Shown here: piece after piece, positions 1 to 8,182 of the stretch
How positions within the stretch are numbered: position 1 is the stretch's first letter
Layout of the letters: each line of letters opens with the position of its first letter
The notes under the pieces: generated by a model
Told to the model about the DNA's origin: nothing
The model's database searches: none
What the model saw: the letters and a program-made list of their open reading frames with translations, nothing else
Source of the DNA: Delftia acidovorans NBRC 14950
GTDB taxonomy: Bacteria; Pseudomonadota; Gammaproteobacteria; Burkholderiales; Burkholderiaceae_C
Direction: 5' to 3'
DNA: 32,000 nucleotides
Assembly (NCBI RefSeq): GCF_001598795.1
Contig: NZ_BCZP01000008.1
Coordinates: 275,156-307,155, forward strand
Position numbers and translations under genes: made by a program

Positions 1-2745
1 CGCCTGTGCCTGGTGCAGATTGAAGGCCGCAAGGGCTTTCCGGCCTCGTGCACCACGCCGGCCGAGCCGGGCATGAAGGTGCGCACGCAAAGCCCGCAAC
101 TGCAGGAGCTGCGCCGCGGCGTGATGGAGCTGTACATCTCCGACCATCCGCTGGACTGCCTGACCTGCAGCGCCAACGGCGACTGCGAACTGCAGGACAT
201 GGCCGGCACCGTGGGCCTGCGCGAGGTGCGCTACGGCTTCGACGGCGCCAACCATTTCAAGGGCCAGGCGCGCGCCGAGGTCGATGTCTCCAACCCGTAC
301 TTCAGCTACGACCCCAGCAAGTGCATCGTCTGCAACCGCTGCGTGCGCGCCTGCGAGGAGACGCAGGGCACCTTTGCGCTGACCATCTCGGGCCGGGGGT
401 TCGAATCGCGCGTCACGGCGGGGCAGGGCGGCAGCTTCATGGACAGCGACTGCGTCAGCTGCGGCGCCTGCGTGCAGGCCTGCCCCACGGCCACGCTGCA
501 GGAAAAGACCGTGACCGAGCTGGGCCAGGCCGGGCACAGCGCCATCACCACCTGCGCCTACTGCGGCGTGGGCTGCGGCTTCAAGGCCGAGATGAAGGGC
601 GAGCAGGTCGTGCGCATGGTGCCCTGGAAGGATGGTCAGGCCAACGAGGGCCATGCCTGCGTCAAGGGCCGCTTTGCCTGGGGCTATGCCACGCACAAGG
701 ACCGCATCACCCGGCCCATGGTCCGCGCGAAGATCTCCGACCCCTGGCGCGAAGTGAGCTGGGAAGAGGCCATTGCCCACACGGCCCGCGAGTTCCGCCG
801 CATCCAGGCGAAGCACGGCAAGGATTCCATTGGCGGCATCACCTCCTCGCGTTGCACCAATGAAGAGGCCTACCTGGTGCAAAAGCTGGTGCGCACGGCC
901 TTCGGCAACAACAACGTCGATACCTGCGCGCGCGTGTGCCACTCGCCCACGGGCTATGGCCTGGGCCAGACCTATGGCACCTCGGCCGGCACGCAGACCT
1001 TCAAGTCCATCGAGCACACGGACGTGGTCATGGTCATCGGCGCCAACCCCACGGCCGCGCACCCGGTGTTCGGCTCGCGCATGAAAAAGCGCTTGCGCGG
1101 CGACGGCCGGCGTGCAGGCGCCAAGCTCATCGTCATCGACCCGCGCGAGATCGAGCTCGTCAAGTCGCCCCACATCCGCGCCGACTACCACCTGCAACTG
1201 CGGCCCGGCACCAACGTGGCCATGATCACCTCGCTGGCCCATGTCATCGTCACCGAAGGCTGGCTGGCCGAGGACTACATCGCCGAGCGCTGCGATGCCA
1301 AGTCCTTCGCCCAGTGGAAGGAATTCGTGGCCCGGCCCGAGAACTCGCCCGAGGCCATGGCCGAGGTCACCGGGGTGGCGCCTGACCTGGTGCGCGGCGC
1401 CGCGCGCCTGTATGCGCTGGGTGCCGAGGACCATCCAGCGGGCCGCCCCGTCAACGCGGCCATCTACTACGGCCTGGGCGTGACCGAGCATGCGCAGGGC
1501 TCGACCATGGTCATGGGCATCGCCAACCTGGCCATGGCCACGGGCAACGTGGGCCGCGAAGGCGTGGGCGTGAACCCGCTGCGCGGCCAGAACAATGTGC
1601 AGGGCTCCTGCGACATGGGCTCCTTCCCGCACGAGCTGCCCGGCTACCGCCACATCTCGGACAGCACGGTGCGCGCCGAGTTCGAGGACGCCTGGGGCGT
1701 CGCACTCAGCCCCGAGCCCGGCCTGCGCATTCCCAACATGTTCGAGGCGGCCCTGGCCGGCAGCTTCATGGGCCTGTACTGCGAGGGCGAGGACATCGTG
1801 CAGTCCGACCCCAACACGCAGCATGTGACGGCCGCGCTCTCGGCCATGGAATGCGTGGTGGTGCAGGACATCTTCCTCAACGAAACCGCCAAGTACGCCC
1901 ATGTCTTCCTGCCGGGCGCTTCCTTCCTCGAAAAGGACGGCACCTTCACCAATGCCGAGCGCCGCATCTCGCGCGTGCGCAAGGTCATGGCGCCGCTGGC
2001 CGGCCATGCCGATTGGGAGGTCACCCAGCTGCTGGCCAATGCGCTGGGCTACGCCATGCACTACAAGCACCCGAGCGAGATCATGGCCGAGATCGCCGCG
2101 CTCACGCCCAGCTTCGCGGGCGTGAACTACGACAAGATCGACCGGCTGGGCAGCGTGCAATGGCCCTGCAATGACAGCACCGAAGAGGCCGGCACTTCCA
2201 TCATGCACAGGGACCGCTTCGTGCGCGGCAAGGGCCGCTTCATCATCACCCAGTACGTGGCCACCGACGAGAAGGTCACCCAGCGCTTTCCGCTGCTGCT
2301 GACCACGGGCCGCATCCTGTCTCAGTACAACGTGGGCGCCCAGACCCGGCGCACGCACAACAGCCACTGGCACAGCGAGGACCGGCTGGAAATCCATCCG
2401 CATGACGCCGAGGACCGCGGCATACGCGACGGCGACTGGGTCGGCATCGCCAGCCGCGCGGGCGAGACCGTGCTGCGCGCCACCGTCACCGAGCGCATAC
2501 AGCCCGGCGTGGTCTACACCACCTTCCACTTTCCCGAATCCGGCGCCAACGTCATCACCACCGACAGCTCGGACTGGGCCACCAACTGTCCCGAATACAA
2601 GGTCACGGCCGTGCAGGTGCTGCCCGTCCCCCAGCACGCCCAGCCGTCCGACTGGCAGCGCGGCTTTGCGCGCATGCATGAAGAGCAGATCGGCCTGTTG
2701 CAAGCCGCGCAGGCAGGCAGCATGGCCGTGGCGGGAGGCAAGTGA
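1..2745 (+). CDS. fdsA: NAD-dependent formate dehydrogenase alpha (catalytic, molybdopterin/Fe-S) subunit; 5' end lies upstream of the window
   Basis: Frame 1 is open from nt 1 (RLCLVQIEGRKG...), so the listed start at 13 is not the true start. NuoG-like His(Cys)3 cluster motif HPLDCLTCSANGDCELQ. Two ferredoxin 4Fe-4S motifs, CIVCNRCVRAC and CVSCGACVQACP. Molybdopterin-domain cluster CAYCGVGCG. Active-site context CARVCHSPTGYG has Cys, with no in-frame TGA. The fdsD gene follows immediately. Confidence 0.93.
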   Translation, partial: RLCLVQIEGRKGFPASCTTPAEPGMKVRTQSPQLQELRRGVMELYISDHPLDCLTCSANGDCELQDMAGTVGLREVRYGFDGANHFKGQARAEVDVSNPYFSYDPSKCIVCNRCVRACEETQGTFALTISGRGFESRVTAGQGGSFMDSDCVSCGACVQACPTATLQEKTVTELGQAGHSAITTCAYCGVGCGFKAEMKGEQVVRMVPWKDGQANEGHACVKGRFAWGYATHKDRITRPMVRAKISDPWREVSWEEAIAHTAREFRRIQAKHGKDSIGGITSSRCTNEEAYLVQKLVRTAFGNNNVDTCARVCHSPTGYGLGQTYGTSAGTQTFKSIEHTDVVMVIGANPTAAHPVFGSRMKKRLRGDGRRAGAKLIVIDPREIELVKSPHIRADYHLQLRPGTNVAMITSLAHVIVTEGWLAEDYIAERCDAKSFAQWKEFVARPENSPEAMAEVTGVAPDLVRGAARLYALGAEDHPAGRPVNAAIYYGLGVTEHAQGSTMVMGIANLAMATGNVGREGVGVNPLRGQNNVQGSCDMGSFPHELPGYRHISDSTVRAEFEDAWGVALSPEPGLRIPNMFEAALAGSFMGLYCEGEDIVQSDPNTQHVTAALSAMECVVVQDIFLNETAKYAHVFLPGASFLEKDGTFTNAERRISRVRKVMAPLAGHADWEVTQLLANALGYAMHYKHPSEIMAEIAALTPSFAGVNYDKIDRLGSVQWPCNDSTEEAGTSIMHRDRFVRGKGRFIITQYVATDEKVTQRFPLLLTTGRILSQYNVGAQTRRTHNSHWHSEDRLEIHPHDAEDRGIRDGDWVGIASRAGETVLRATVTERIQPGVVYTTFHFPESGANVITTDSSDWATNCPEYKVTAVQVLPVPQHAQPSDWQRGFARMHEEQIGLLQAAQAGSMAVAGGK

Positions 2746-2987
2746 TGGACAGCGCGAACCTGGTCCGCATGGCCAACCGCATCGGCGAGTTCTTCGAGGC
2801 CATGCCCGAGCGCGACGAGGCCCTGCAGGGCATTGCCGAACACATCCGCAAATTCTGGGAGCCCCGCATGCGCGCCGAACTGGCCCGCGTGCTGGCCAGC
2901 CCCGACGAGGCGCAGGCGCTCAAGCCCATCGTGCGCGAGGCGCTGATGCTGCATCCGCTGACCTTGCCGTCGGCGGCGCAGGCTTAG
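2745..2987 (+). CDS. fdsD: Formate dehydrogenase delta subunit (FdsD family)
   Basis: About 80 aa, with an N-terminus (M)DSANLVRMANRIGEFFEAMP typical of FdsD. The ATG overlaps the fdsA TGA (TGATG junction). The position directly after fdsA fits. GTG at 2742 is an alternative start. Confidence 0.8.
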   Translation: MDSANLVRMANRIGEFFEAMPERDEALQGIAEHIRKFWEPRMRAELARVLASPDEAQALKPIVREALMLHPLTLPSAAQA

Positions 2988-3868
2988 CCAAAGCGCTTCT
3001 TCCTCGCCATCTCCCGCGCCAGCGCCACAAAGCCTGCGGCCGCTGGCGACAGCCGCTCCATGCTGCGCACGGCCAAGCCGGTGACGCGGCGCTGGCGGGG
3101 CGAGAGGCTGCGGTAGACCATGCCTTCAGGCGCCTGCTCGGGCACGGCCAGGCGTGCGGCAATGGCAATGGCGTGGCCTTGGGCCACGAAGCCCTGCATG
3201 GAGGACATCTGCTCGAAGTGGTAGATGGCCGCAGGCTGGGCGCCGGCCTCGGCCAGGAAGCGGTCGATGTGCGCGCCCGACCCGGCCGAGGTGCGCACAA
3301 AGGCCTCGCCCTGCAGGTCGGCGGCGCGGATGCTGCGCTGGGCCGCCAGCCGGTGCGATGCGGGCAGCAGCGCCACCAGTTCGTCTTCCACCAGGGGTAC
3401 GGTCTCGAAGCGCTCGTCGGGCAGCACGACGAAGCCGATCTCCACGCGCCGCTCCAGCAGCCACTTGACCACGGTGTCGTCGTTTTGCTCGTCGATCTGC
3501 ACCAGTACGGCGGGCTGGCGCCGCCGGTATTCGGTGATCAGCGGGGGCAGCAGCCGCAGCGAAGAGGTGGCGCCGAACGAGGCCACGCGCAGCGTGCCGC
3601 GCGCCATGCCGCGCTCGGCATCGGCCTCCTGCCGCAAGGCCTCCTTTTGCTGGAGGATGTCGTTGGCGCGCTGCAGCAGCCGCGTGCCTGCGTCGGTCAG
3701 CGGGGAGTGAGGGCCTTCGCGCCGCACCAACTGCACCTGCAGCTCGCCTTCCAGCGCGCGCAGGGCATGGCTGACGGCGCTCTGGGTAATGCCCAGCAGC
3801 GCGGCCGCGCGCGAGAAACTGCCGGCACGGGCCAGCGCCGCGAACACTTCGAGCTGGGTGAAGGTCAT
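2984..3868 (-). CDS. LysR-family transcriptional regulator
   Basis: N-terminal LTTR HTH: MTFTQLEVFAALARAGSFSRAAALLGITQSAVSHALRALE. About 294 aa with a substrate-binding-type C-terminal half. Transcribed divergently from the EamA gene. Confidence 0.9.
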   Translation of the reverse strand: MTFTQLEVFAALARAGSFSRAAALLGITQSAVSHALRALEGELQVQLVRREGPHSPLTDAGTRLLQRANDILQQKEALRQEADAERGMARGTLRVASFGATSSLRLLPPLITEYRRRQPAVLVQIDEQNDDTVVKWLLERRVEIGFVVLPDERFETVPLVEDELVALLPASHRLAAQRSIRAADLQGEAFVRTSAGSGAHIDRFLAEAGAQPAAIYHFEQMSSMQGFVAQGHAIAIAARLAVPEQAPEGMVYRSLSPRQRRVTGLAVRSMERLSPAAAGFVALAREMARKKRFG

Positions 3869-3888
3869 AGGATCACGGTGTCCAGGTC

Positions 3889-3904
3889 ATGAGCATTCGC
3901 TCAT
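3889..3904. promoter_or_regulatory. Candidate LTTR operator: palindrome ATGAGC-ATTC-GCTCAT, with a third half-site ATGAGCA at 3921-3927
   Basis: Perfect 6-bp inverted arms read directly from the sequence, in the 72-bp LysR/EamA divergent intergenic region. Function is inferred from position only. Confidence 0.35.
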
Positions 3905-3940
3905 TTGTCTATGAATCGATATGAGCACATAGTACGCGCC

Positions 3941-4897
3941 ATGAATTTTCAACGCTTCTTCGGTCCCCACCTGCGGCTTGTCGGCATGGCCCTGCTGTGG
4001 GGCGCTTCCTGGCCTGCGGGCCGCGTGGTGGCACAGAACATGCCGCCGCTGGCAGCCGCCAGCCTGCGCTTCCTGCTGGCCGCCGCCGTGCTGCTGCCGT
4101 GGCTGTACTGGGCCGGTGGCATGGCCGGTCTCAGGCACTGGAGCGCCAAACGCTGGCTGGGCATGGCGGCCGCTGGTGCCACGGGCGTGTTCGGCTATGC
4201 GGCCTTCTTCCTCATGGGGCTGCAGCATGTGCCGGCCGGCAAGGCGGCCCTGGTGATCACGCTCAACCCCGTGCTCACGCTGGCGCTGGCGGTCTGGCTG
4301 TTCGGCGAGCGGCTCAACCGCACCATTGCCCTGGGCATGGCGCTGGCGGCCTGCGGCGCCGTGGTGGTGATCTCGCATGGCCAGCCGCTGGCGCTGCTGC
4401 AGGGATCGGTGGGCGCCGGCGAGCTGCTGATCCTGGGCTGCGTGGTCTGCTGGGTGAGCTACACCCTGATCGGCCGCTGGCTGCTCACGGGTGTCGATGC
4501 GCTGTCGGCCACGGCCGTGACCTCGACCATGGGCGCGGCCATGCTGCTGGTGGCCAGTCTGGTGGTGGAAGGGCCGGCCGGCCTGCAGGCTGCCGTGCTT
4601 GGCAACGCAACCGCCTGGGGTGCGCTGGCCTTCCTGGCCTTCGGCGCCACGGCGCTTGCCTATGCCTGGTACTTCGACGGCGTCAAGGCGCTGGGTGCGG
4701 GTGCGGCCTCGGGCTACATCACCCTGGTGCCCGTGATCGGCGTGGCGCTGTCGGCGCTGTGGTTGGGCGAGAGCATCGATGCCAGCATCGTGCTGGGCGG
4801 CGGCATGGCCGTGGCCGGCACGGCGCTGATGAACTGGGGGCGCAGGCCTGCGCCCGCCCCGCGCATGCAGGGTGCGCAGGCGGCAGTCCGCAGTTGA
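3941..4897 (+). CDS. EamA/DMT-family transporter (10-TM drug/metabolite exporter type)
   Basis: Hydrophobic throughout, with two EamA-like halves (LLWGASWPAGRVV..., ...LGATALAYAWYFDGVKALGAGAASGYITLVPVIG). The start is uncertain: ATG 3941 is preferred, with in-frame ATG 3911 and TTG 3905 as alternatives. Confidence 0.85.
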   Translation: MNFQRFFGPHLRLVGMALLWGASWPAGRVVAQNMPPLAAASLRFLLAAAVLLPWLYWAGGMAGLRHWSAKRWLGMAAAGATGVFGYAAFFLMGLQHVPAGKAALVITLNPVLTLALAVWLFGERLNRTIALGMALAACGAVVVISHGQPLALLQGSVGAGELLILGCVVCWVSYTLIGRWLLTGVDALSATAVTSTMGAAMLLVASLVVEGPAGLQAAVLGNATAWGALAFLAFGATALAYAWYFDGVKALGAGAASGYITLVPVIGVALSALWLGESIDASIVLGGGMAVAGTALMNWGRRPAPAPRMQGAQAAVRS

Positions 4898-4901
4898 CGT
4901 G

Positions 4902-5324
4902 TCAGGTGCTCCGCCTGGCGCGGATGGCGTTGCGCGCGGCGCGCAGCAGCTTCAACTGGAGCCAGGATGCTGCCAGCAGGCCTGCCGCAACGATGAGCCA
5001 GTGATGCAAGGCAAACCCTGGCTGGTAAAAGCGCACGGGCAGATCGACTGCCTCCACCAGCACGCCGATCTCGATGAACGCCAGCAGGCCTGCCATGGTG
5101 GCAAGCCAGCCGGGTTCGCGCTGCGATGGGCCGGCTTGGGACCGCTTTCGGCGTCCTGCCAGCCTGAAGAAAATGCCCAGGGCGATGGTGCCCAGAATCA
5201 AGGCCAGCACCAGCTTGCCCAGCAAGCTGGCTGCGGCCGCGCCGCCCAGGGACAGGATCAGGCCCACGATCTCGGCCACGGCTTCGAACCGTGCCGCAAG
5301 GGCCTTGCGGATGCGCAACAACAT
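4902..5324 (-). CDS. Hypothetical small integral membrane protein (about 3 TM segments)
   Basis: 140 aa with host-like GC3-rich codon usage. Purine-rich SD (GAAGGAAGG) lies 5 nt upstream of the ATG. Three hydrophobic stretches. I recognise no family. Confidence 0.65.
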   Translation of the reverse strand: MLLRIRKALAARFEAVAEIVGLILSLGGAAAASLLGKLVLALILGTIALGIFFRLAGRRKRSQAGPSQREPGWLATMAGLLAFIEIGVLVEAVDLPVRFYQPGFALHHWLIVAAGLLAASWLQLKLLRAARNAIRARRST

Positions 5325-5468
5325 GGCAGCCTTCCTTCAGCGTCTGTGCGCTTCAGAAGGCCGTGTGCCGCAGCATGGTGATTTCCTGAGCTTGCCCATC
5401 CCGTCCCCCTGGTTGTGTGATCCGGCGAGCGTATCAAAACCTGTCGGGCGACCGGAGGCGGTCCAGGC

Positions 5469-6461
5469 TCAATCCATGCTGATGTTGCGCTCCGTGATCA
5501 CCTTGGTCCAGCGCACGGACTCGGCCTGCAGGTGCTTTGCCGCTTCCTCGGGCGTGGAGCCCACGACTTCGGCGCCGATGGCCTTGAAGCGTTCGAGCAC
5601 GTCGGGCTGCTTCATCTCTGCCACGAAGACCTGGTTGAGCTTCTTGACGATGGCCGGCGGCGTGCTGGCTGGCATGAAGACGGCGAACCAGGGCGAGACC
5701 TCGTAGCCCTTGATGCCGGCCTCTTCCATGGTGGGCACGTCGGGCATGCTGGACGAGCGCTTGGCCGTGGTCACGGCCAGGGCGCGCAGCTTGCCCGACT
5801 GGATGTGCGGGCGCGCCGAGGTGATGGAGTCGAACATGTAGTTGACCTGTCCACCCAGCAGGTCGGAGACGGCCGGGCCCGATCCCTTGTAGGGGATGTG
5901 CAGGATGTCCACGCCGGCCAGCGAGTTGAACACTTCGCCTGCCAGGTGGATGGAGGTGCCGTTGCCGGCCGAGGCATAGGTCAGCTTGCCGGGCGAGGCC
6001 TTGGCGGCGGCCACCACGTCGGCCACGCTCTTGACGTTGGGCTGGGTGGAGTTGGTGACAAGGATGTTGGGCACCACGGCCAGCACGCCCACGGGGGCGA
6101 AGTCCTTGATCGGGTCGTAGCTGAGCTTGCGGTACAGCGGCTTGTTGGTGGCCATGCCGATGGAGGTGATCATCAGCGTGTAGCCGTCGCCGGGCTGCTT
6201 GGCCACGAAGTCGGCGCCGATGTTGCCGCCGGCGCCGGGACGGTTCTCGATCACGAAGGGCTGGCCCAGCGTGCGGCCGGCCTTCTCGCCCAGGGTGCGC
6301 GCGATGGCGTCCATGGCGCCGCCCGGCGGGAAGGGAACGATCCAGCGGATGGGCTTGCTGGGCCAGTTGGCCTCGGGGGCCTGGGCGTGCGCGGCGGGCA
6401 TCACGGCGGACAGGCACAGGCCTGCGGCTGCGGCGGTCAGAAAACGGCGTTTCACATTCAC
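5469..6461 (-). CDS. Bug-family (TctC-like) tripartite tricarboxylate transporter substrate-binding protein
   Basis: Signal peptide followed by the characteristic WPSKPIRWIVPFPPGGAMDAIARTLGEK...NRPGAGGNIGADFVAKQPGDGYTL. GTG start with GGAGA 8 nt upstream. Lies 42 bp downstream of catC on the same strand. Confidence 0.92.
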   Translation of the reverse strand: MNVKRRFLTAAAAGLCLSAVMPAAHAQAPEANWPSKPIRWIVPFPPGGAMDAIARTLGEKAGRTLGQPFVIENRPGAGGNIGADFVAKQPGDGYTLMITSIGMATNKPLYRKLSYDPIKDFAPVGVLAVVPNILVTNSTQPNVKSVADVVAAAKASPGKLTYASAGNGTSIHLAGEVFNSLAGVDILHIPYKGSGPAVSDLLGGQVNYMFDSITSARPHIQSGKLRALAVTTAKRSSSMPDVPTMEEAGIKGYEVSPWFAVFMPASTPPAIVKKLNQVFVAEMKQPDVLERFKAIGAEVVGSTPEEAAKHLQAESVRWTKVITERNISMD

Positions 6462-6503
6462 TTCAGTTGTCTCCGAAAAATTTGGTCTTGGTTTGGGCTG
6501 TGC

Positions 6504-6782
6504 TCAGGCGATGGCCGAGGGGTGCCGGGCCAGCGGCGTGACCTGGATGTCCATGTAGGGGAACAGCGGCAGGCCCTGCAGCAGCTCGTGCAGCTCGTCG
6601 TTGGAGGCCACGTCGAACACGCTGTAGTTGGCGTACTCGCCCACCACGCGCCAGATGTGGGGCCAGCGGCCTTCGTGCTGCAGTTGCTGGGAGTAGGCCT
6701 TCTCGCGGGCCTTGATCTCGGCTGCCACGTCGGCGGGCAGGTCGTGGGGGATCTTCACGTCCATGCGGACCAGATAAAGCAT
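6504..6782 (-). CDS. catC: Muconolactone delta-isomerase
   Basis: 92 aa: MLYLVRMDVKIPHDLPADVAAEIKAREKAYSQQLQHEGRWPHIWRVVGEYANYSVFDV... is the classic CatC sequence. GGAGA RBS is present. The rest of the 228-aa track ORF is an upstream out-of-gene extension overlapping catB. Confidence 0.93.
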   Translation of the reverse strand: MLYLVRMDVKIPHDLPADVAAEIKAREKAYSQQLQHEGRWPHIWRVVGEYANYSVFDVASNDELHELLQGLPLFPYMDIQVTPLARHPSAIA

Positions 6783-6810
6783 GTTTGTCTCCAGGAGGAA
6801 TGAAAGGAAT

Positions 6811-7998
6811 TCAGGTCGCAGCCCCGGTCCGGGCCTGCCCCATGTCGAAGTGCTGCGGCTGGCTGTCGGCCAGCGCGCGGTCGAAACGCGCGAGTTGCTG
6901 CAGGTCGATCTCCACGCCCAGGCCCGGCCCGTCGGGCAGTTGCAGCTCGAAGTCGCGGATGGCCATGCGCTCGGTGACGATGTCGTCCACCAGCAGCTGA
7001 GGGCCGAACAGCTCGCAGTTGTAGTGCTGCCCGCCCAGCGTGGCAAAGACATGGGCCGAGGCGGCCGAGCCGATCGAGGTCTCCAGCATGGTGCCGCCGT
7101 ACCAGCCGATGTCGGCCGCCTGGGCAATGGCCGCCACCTTGCGCGTGCGCAGCAGGCCGCCGTGCTTGGCCACCTTGAGCGAGAACACATGGCTGGCCTG
7201 CTCGCGCGCCAGGCGCATGGCGTCGTAGGGCGTGCACACGCTCTCGTCGGCCATGACCAGGGCGCCCTGCAGCGTGGCCGTCAGCTCGCGCAGCGCGGGC
7301 ACGTTCCAGCCGGCCACGGGCTGCTCGATCAGGGTCACGCCGGCATCGATCAGCTGCGGCAGAAAGCGCCGCGCCGTGGCGCCGTCCCAGGCCTGGTTCA
7401 CGTCCACGGTCAGCGTGGCGCGTCCCTGCAGGCCGCGTGCGATCTCGCTCACATGGGCCACATCAGCCTCGGGCGTGCGCGCGCCGATCTTCATCTTGAA
7501 GATGCGGTGGCGTTTTTGTTCCAGGCGCAGATGGGCCTCGGCCAGGTCGCGCTCGATGTCGCCGCTGGCCAGCGTCCAGGCCAGGGGCAGGCTGTCGCGC
7601 TGCTTGCCGCCCAGCAATTGCCAAAGCGGCAACTGCAGGCTGCGGGCCACGGCGTCCAGCAGCGCGATCTCCACGGCGCTCTTGGCAAAGGCATTGCCCT
7701 TGCAGGCCAGGTCCATGCGCGAGAGGCAGGCCTCGAAGCGCGCGCCGTCCTGGCCGATCAGGCTGGGCGCCAGGTGGTTGGTGATGGCGTGGTGGATGCT
7801 CTCGGGCGATTCCTCGTTCCACGACGGGCCGCCGATGGTGGCGGCCTCGCCAAAGCCCGTGGCGCCATTGCGCAGCCACAGCTGCACGATCACCGGGCTT
7901 TGCCGGCTGATGGAGCCGAACGACAGCTTGTGCGGACGGATGGTGGGAATGTCGAGGATCCGCGCCTCGATGCGCTCGATCAGGAAACGGTCTTGCAT
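6811..7998 (-). CDS. catB: Muconate (or chloromuconate) cycloisomerase, enolase superfamily
   Basis: 395 aa: IERIEARILDIPTIRPHKLSFGSISRQSPVIVQLWLRNGATGFGEAATIGGPSWNEES..., with KMKIG and MADES motifs typical of muconate-lactonizing enzymes. Lies 28 bp upstream of catC. Confidence 0.92.
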   Translation of the reverse strand: MQDRFLIERIEARILDIPTIRPHKLSFGSISRQSPVIVQLWLRNGATGFGEAATIGGPSWNEESPESIHHAITNHLAPSLIGQDGARFEACLSRMDLACKGNAFAKSAVEIALLDAVARSLQLPLWQLLGGKQRDSLPLAWTLASGDIERDLAEAHLRLEQKRHRIFKMKIGARTPEADVAHVSEIARGLQGRATLTVDVNQAWDGATARRFLPQLIDAGVTLIEQPVAGWNVPALRELTATLQGALVMADESVCTPYDAMRLAREQASHVFSLKVAKHGGLLRTRKVAAIAQAADIGWYGGTMLETSIGSAASAHVFATLGGQHYNCELFGPQLLVDDIVTERMAIRDFELQLPDGPGLGVEIDLQQLARFDRALADSQPQHFDMGQARTGAAT

Positions 7999-8053
7999 GG
8001 CAGTGGCGTGTGTCTTGGCTGGCGGCGGCTGCCGGCGATGGACACAAGCGTAA

Positions 8054-8072
8054 ATCCATGCATTGTGTGGAT
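8054..8072. promoter_or_regulatory. Candidate LTTR-type dyad ATCCA-N9-TGGAT upstream of catB, with a TATTGAAT direct repeat at 8074-8081 and 8114-8121
   Basis: The dyad is centred about 65 bp upstream of the catB ATG (7998), in the only AT-rich stretch of the catB/TonB-receptor spacer. Assignment as a CatR/BenM-type site is inferred from position and symmetry only. Confidence 0.3.
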
Positions 8073-8182
8073 CTATTGAATTATTTGTGAGAAATCATTC
8101 GATGGTGTCGATGTATTGAATGCCTGCGCGGCAGGCAGGGGGCGCGGCAGCCTTGTGCTGCGCACGCCCTCTGGCGACTGGA

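Noticed and set aside
900-960. Possible selenocysteine (in-frame TGA) at the formate dehydrogenase active site
   Set aside because: The frame has no internal stop. The active-site residue is encoded as Cys (CARVCHSPTG), so this is the Cys-type enzyme.
2402-3892. 496-aa plus-strand ORF overlapping the fdsA 3' end, fdsD and the LysR gene. The many other 60-270-aa overlapping ORFs in the track fall in the same class.
   Set aside because: They are out of frame with, or antisense to, recognisable genes, and are Pro/Arg/Ala-rich. They are typical high-GC frame artefacts.
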